From Bradymonadia bacterium (lineage in GTDB: Bacteria; Myxococcota_A; Bradymonadia; UBA7976; UBA1532): a stretch of DNA of 64,000 bases. The notes beneath the pieces were generated by a model. The model searched no databases and was not told where the DNA came from. It saw nothing but the letters and a program-made list of their open reading frames with translations. The position numbers and the translations under genes were made by a program. The stretch lies in the NCBI GenBank assembly GCA_046290225.1, contig JBKAGE010000082.1:192001-256000 (forward strand), in the 5' to 3' direction. Positions 60,005-64,000 of this stretch are shown piece after piece; positions within the stretch are counted from its first letter, which is position 1, and every line of letters starts with the position of its first letter.

Positions 60005-60691
60005 CTACATCCCCAAAAAGCCTGGCCAGAACCCCACTGTGAACCGCAGCGATGCCGTCAGATACGTCCAGTCCGCCTCAGCGCCAGCGTCGACCTCCCC
60101 TGAGAGCGTGCCTGCCGTGAGCGCACCCGTCACGCCCAGAGTGTAGATGCCGTCGAAGGCCCACTGAGCGCCGATGGCACCGTGCAGGCTCAGGCCAATG
60201 TCAGTGTTGATCTCGCCCTGGGTGCCGTCGACGGACTCTTGCACCGTGAGCACCGTGCCATGGAGACCACCGCTCAGGTAGGCGTTGCGGTGGAAGTTCC
60301 AGGTAAGCCCCGGGCCAGCGCCGATCACCGTGAGGCGGCGGCCGTTGGCCAGCCGGCGGGTGGTGTTGAGCACCTCGTCTTCGACGTCGGGCTCGTCCAC
60401 AGAAAGCCATGTGATCTCGCCCTGTACCAGCAAGCTGTCGGTCACGCTGCGGCCGATGGCCAGCTCGGCCTCTTGACCGCTCGACGCCACCGAGAGGCTG
60501 TTGAGGCCGTCGCCCTCGGCGCTGCCCCGAAACCACGCCGGACCGATGCCCAGGCGCAGCACCCAGCCTTCGCCGATGTTGCCGCCCTCGCCGTTCTGCC
60601 AGGCCTTCGGCGTGGGCTCTTCAGCAAAGGCCGAGGTGGTGGTGAGGGTGGCGGCCAGGGCCAAACATACAGTGCTGAACCGTGCGGACAT
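60005..60691 (-). CDS. Putative outer-membrane beta-barrel protein
   Basis: MSARFSTV...SAFA signal peptide; amphipathic strands (WVLRLGIG, IGAGPGLTWNF, AIGAQW). Confidence 0.65.
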   Translation of the reverse strand: MSARFSTVCLALAATLTTTSAFAEEPTPKAWQNGEGGNIGEGWVLRLGIGPAWFRGSAEGDGLNSLSVASSGQEAELAIGRSVTDSLLVQGEITWLSVDEPDVEDEVLNTTRRLANGRRLTVIGAGPGLTWNFHRNAYLSGGLHGTVLTVQESVDGTQGEINTDIGLSLHGAIGAQWAFDGIYTLGVTGALTAGTLSGEVDAGAEADWTYLTASLRFTVGFWPGFLGM

Positions 60692-60849
60692 CTCGACGCA
60701 TCCCAGAGCAATCAGGTCGACACAAAGACTCACACACACCCCATGGGGATTTGTGAAGGGTCTTTTGATTTCGGCGGCCCTGATCTGCACACAAAGCGAT
60801 ATAACAAGGCAGCGAGACAAGGTGTGGCTGGCCCACACGCAGGAGCAGC

Positions 60850-61920
60850 ATGATGAAGCCTTCCGATGATGTCCACGCCTGGGTTCAGGATTATTACGGC
60901 CGTGTTCTCCAGGCCAGCGACGACCTCAAGACCAACGCATGCTGTGCCACCGGCGCGCCGCCCAACTGGATCGCCCGGACGTTGAGCAACATCCATGACG
61001 ACGTGCTCAGCCGCTTCTATGGCTGCGGGTTCCCGATCCCCCAGGGCATCGAGGGGGCCACCGTGGTCGATCTCGGCTGTGGTACCGGCCGCGATGTGTA
61101 CATCCTGAGCCAGCTCGTGGGGCCCACGGGGCACGTCTATGGCGTCGACATGACCGACGAGCAGCTCGACGTGGCCCGGAGCACCCTCGACTGGCACATG
61201 GAGCGTTTCGGCTACGAAACCCCGAACGTGAGCTTTCACAAGGGCTTCATCGAAGACTTGTCCAGCCTGCCCATCGAGAGCGGCAGCGTCGACGTGGTGG
61301 TCTCGAATTGTGTGGTGAACCTCAGCCCCCGCAAAGATCTGGTCATGGCCGAGGTGGCCCGACTGCTCAAGGTGGGCGGCGAGTTCTACTTCAGCGACGT
61401 CTTCGCCGATCGCCGCCTGCCCGATGCCATCGCCTTTGACCCGATCTTGCACTCGGAGTGTCTCGGTGGCGCGATGTACGAGTTCGACTTCATGTCGCTC
61501 GCCAAGAAGACCGGCTTCCCCGACCCCCGGGTGATGATCACCGCCCCCATCACGATCCAGAACGCCGAGATCGAGCAGAAGGTGGGGGCAGCGCGCTTCA
61601 ACTCCACCACGGTGCGCCTCTTCAAGCTCGAGAACCTCGACGAGCAGTGCGAAGACTATGGCCAGCTGGCCATCTACAAGGGCGGCATCCCTGGCGCCGA
61701 GGCCCTGGTGTGGCTCGACGATCACCACGCCTTCGAGGCTGGCCGCCCGGAGCGCGTGTGCGGGAACACCGCCGCCATGTTGCAAGAGACCCGCTTCGGC
61801 CGCTTCTTCGACATCGTCGGCAACACCGAGACCCACTACGGGGTGTACCCGTGTGATCCCACCATGGCAGCTGCGGAGTACGGTGAGACCAATGAAGGCG
61901 GCGGAGCGGGGTGCTGCTGA
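60850..61920 (+). CDS. arsM: Arsenite methyltransferase-like SAM-dependent methyltransferase (AS3MT/ArsM type)
   Basis: DLKTNACC, FYGCG, VDLGCGTGRD, GVDMT, VVSNCVVNL, GGEFYFSDV, ECLGGA, VCGNT, C-terminal GCC. Confidence 0.8.
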   Translation: MMKPSDDVHAWVQDYYGRVLQASDDLKTNACCATGAPPNWIARTLSNIHDDVLSRFYGCGFPIPQGIEGATVVDLGCGTGRDVYILSQLVGPTGHVYGVDMTDEQLDVARSTLDWHMERFGYETPNVSFHKGFIEDLSSLPIESGSVDVVVSNCVVNLSPRKDLVMAEVARLLKVGGEFYFSDVFADRRLPDAIAFDPILHSECLGGAMYEFDFMSLAKKTGFPDPRVMITAPITIQNAEIEQKVGAARFNSTTVRLFKLENLDEQCEDYGQLAIYKGGIPGAEALVWLDDHHAFEAGRPERVCGNTAAMLQETRFGRFFDIVGNTETHYGVYPCDPTMAAAEYGETNEGGGAGCC

Positions 61921-63779
61921 TGTCCGAGGGGGGCACTGCCGAGATCCTGACCACACAGGTCGACCTGCCCGGGCTCATGAAGGTCCTGGGCCACAACCTC
62001 TACTCCACGCCCAGCGTGGCGCTCCGGGAGCTGGTGCAGAACGCCCACGACGCCTGTGAGCGTCGCGCCATGGAAGATCCCGAAGGCGCCTCGGAGCCGC
62101 AGATTACGCTGCGGCCTGATCCAAAGCGTCGTTGCCTGATCATCGAAGACACTGGGGCGGGGCTCACCCGCGACGAGATCGTACGCTATCTGGCCACGGT
62201 GGGCTCGGGCTACACCGGCCGCATGCGGGCCGAGGCGAAGACTGAAGACGAGAGCCCCGACGCCGATCAGACGGCGCTCATCGGCCGCTTTGGCCTCGGG
62301 TTCCTGTCGGCCTTCTTCGTGAGCACGAAGGTGGAGCTGGTCACCACCTCGTACCAGTCTCCCGACGAGGCCTGGCGCTTCACCAGCACTGGCGGAGAGC
62401 GCTACCACCTCGCGCCAGCACAACAGCGCCCCGTGGGCACCGAGATCACGCTGCACCTGTCCGAGGCCTTCGAGAAGCTCGCCGAGCCCGAGGTCTGCGA
62501 GGCCTTGCTGGTCCGCTACTGCGGCCTGCTTCGACACCCCATCTCAATGGGGGGCGCGGCGCCGGTGAATCGCCCGGAGCCCCCCTGGCGTCGCGCTGAC
62601 TGGGCTGATCTGCCGCCCGTGCGTCGCGCTCACCTTCAGCAGGAGTTCGCTGGGCGCTTCGAGCCACGCTTCGAGCCCATCTGCGTGATCCCGATGCCTG
62701 AAGACGGCCCGATTCAGGGCCTGCTCTGGGTGCAGGACGGCGCCACCTACGGCACCTCCGACAACCGCAACCTCTCGGTCTTCGTCCGGGGCATGCTGGT
62801 GAGCGCCGAGGTGCAACAGCTGCTCCCCATGTGGGCGGGCTTTTGTGGCGGCGTGGTGGAGTCGGCGGTGCTCACCCCCACGGCGAGCCGGGAAGATCTA
62901 CAACGCGACGCCGCGTGGCACGAGGCCGAGGCGGCGATCCGAGAGGCCCTCATTGACGGCTTGTCGATGCTGCCCGAGGCGCAACCTGCCGCCTGGCGTC
63001 GAGTACTCAAGCGCCACAACGAGGCCCTGCTCGGCGCCGCATTGTGCGACACCCGCCTCTTCTCGTTGCTCGCCGACGCGCTGAAGGTACCCACCACCGA
63101 GGGCGATCTGCCCATGACCGCCGTGAAACGTCGGGGGCCGGTCCACGTGACCCTCGGGGAGCAGGGCGGCTACGAGGAGGTGCTGTTCCGAGCCCTGCAG
63201 GTGCCGGTCGTCCTCGGCACGCGGTATGGCGCCCTGCCCTTCGCCGAACGCTACATGGAGCGCCTCGGCGGCAAGGTCATCCGTCTGGGTACCGAGTCGG
63301 GGAACGCCTCTCTCTTCAGCCCGGCCACCCTCGACGATGCCGATCTCGCGCGGCTGCGTGGGCTCCTCGGCGCCGATGGGCAGATGGTGGTGCCCACCCG
63401 CTTTGCCCCTGCCTCTCTCCCAGCGGTGCTCGTGCCAGACCAGGACGTCGCCCTGCGTCGACGGCTCGAGAAGGACGAGGCCGACAAGCGCATCACCACG
63501 ACTTTGTTGAGTCTGGCGCGCTCGTTCACCGCGAAGATCGACGACACAGTGGCAGCTCGCCTCTACGTGAACCTCGACGCTCCGGTGATTCAGGGGCTGC
63601 TTGAAGCGCCACGAGACGCCGCTCACGAAGCCCGGCAACGGCAGGTGGCTCAGGTGGTCAGGGCCCTCGCGGATCTCACCACTGATCGCAACGCCGCCAA
63701 AGAAGCCGTGGGCACCGACACAGGGGTGATCCTCGACACGTTGACTGAGGCCCTCACGGGCATGCTGGGGGACACATGA
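61920..63779 (+). CDS. HSP90-like (divergent HtpG-type GHKL) ATPase
   Basis: LYSTP.VALRELVQNAHDA, IEDTGAGLT, TVGSGYT, IGRFGLGFLSAF, PTASRE; ATG shares its A with the previous TGA. Confidence 0.9.
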   Translation: MSEGGTAEILTTQVDLPGLMKVLGHNLYSTPSVALRELVQNAHDACERRAMEDPEGASEPQITLRPDPKRRCLIIEDTGAGLTRDEIVRYLATVGSGYTGRMRAEAKTEDESPDADQTALIGRFGLGFLSAFFVSTKVELVTTSYQSPDEAWRFTSTGGERYHLAPAQQRPVGTEITLHLSEAFEKLAEPEVCEALLVRYCGLLRHPISMGGAAPVNRPEPPWRRADWADLPPVRRAHLQQEFAGRFEPRFEPICVIPMPEDGPIQGLLWVQDGATYGTSDNRNLSVFVRGMLVSAEVQQLLPMWAGFCGGVVESAVLTPTASREDLQRDAAWHEAEAAIREALIDGLSMLPEAQPAAWRRVLKRHNEALLGAALCDTRLFSLLADALKVPTTEGDLPMTAVKRRGPVHVTLGEQGGYEEVLFRALQVPVVLGTRYGALPFAERYMERLGGKVIRLGTESGNASLFSPATLDDADLARLRGLLGADGQMVVPTRFAPASLPAVLVPDQDVALRRRLEKDEADKRITTTLLSLARSFTAKIDDTVAARLYVNLDAPVIQGLLEAPRDAAHEARQRQVAQVVRALADLTTDRNAAKEAVGTDTGVILDTLTEALTGMLGDT

Positions 63780-64000
63780 ACATCTGGGACTGGGTGCACG
63801 ATCTGCAGACAGAGCTGAGCGAGGCCGGCGAGCACCGCCTCGTGCAGCTGATCGAGGGCATCCCCTCGGCGTCGACGCGCAACCAGCACGCCGCCGTCGA
63901 CGCCATGTACCTCGAGGGCATCGCTCTGGCTCGGGCGCGCAAGCACCCGTGGCTGCAGATCTTCTTCCGCCACTGGCACCTTCAGAGTCGGATCCTCGAC
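63776..64000 (+). CDS. N-terminus of a helical (probably TPR-like) protein coupled to the HSP90-like gene; truncated by window end
   Basis: ATGA overlap; MNIWDWVHDLQTELSEAGEHRLVQLIEGIP...ALARARKHPWLQIFFRHWHLQSRILD, open to the end of the window. Confidence 0.7.
   Translation, partial: MNIWDWVHDLQTELSEAGEHRLVQLIEGIPSASTRNQHAAVDAMYLEGIALARARKHPWLQIFFRHWHLQSRILD

Noticed and set aside
55205..61920. Arsenosugar biosynthesis cluster (DUF547 + ArsM-like)
   Set aside because: The genes are on opposite strands several kb apart, and no radical-SAM ArsS or associated glycosyltransferases are visible.

Overview
GC-rich bacterial DNA, most likely Myxococcota, judging by a MYXO-CTERM-like motif, TPR/PEGA proteins, CarD/CdnL and many Cys-rich lipoproteins. 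Bases ~1.7-20.7 kb hold a headless contractile-tail (eCIS/Afp/PVC-like) locus: Pvc16-like cap, two sheaths, two tubes, a tail chaperone with a probable -1 frameshift, a 1549-aa low-complexity protein, LysM tube initiator, gpD-like hub, gp25, gpJ, gpI and a fibre-attachment protein. The locus is atypical. No gp5/gpV spike, PAAR or AAA+ ATPase is visible in the window, a tandem zinc-ribbon protein sits in the usual spike slot, and gpI is fused to a PASTA domain. Two FHA proteins (one a VWA-TM-FHA membrane protein), a TPR-PEGA protein and a beta-propeller lipoprotein follow on the same strand. The rest contains an MCP-PilZ receptor, acyl-CoA enzymes, a Ser/Thr kinase, asnB, a 4151-aa adhesin with an internal MYXO-CTERM-like motif fused to a TraB-like barrel/OmpA module, carD, several lipoproteins, an ArsM-like methyltransferase and an HSP90-like ATPase with a truncated partner gene. 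Upstream of asnB is an unannotated, apparently complete Asn-Asn leader-peptide attenuator. All family calls come from motif recognition by eye; no searches were run.
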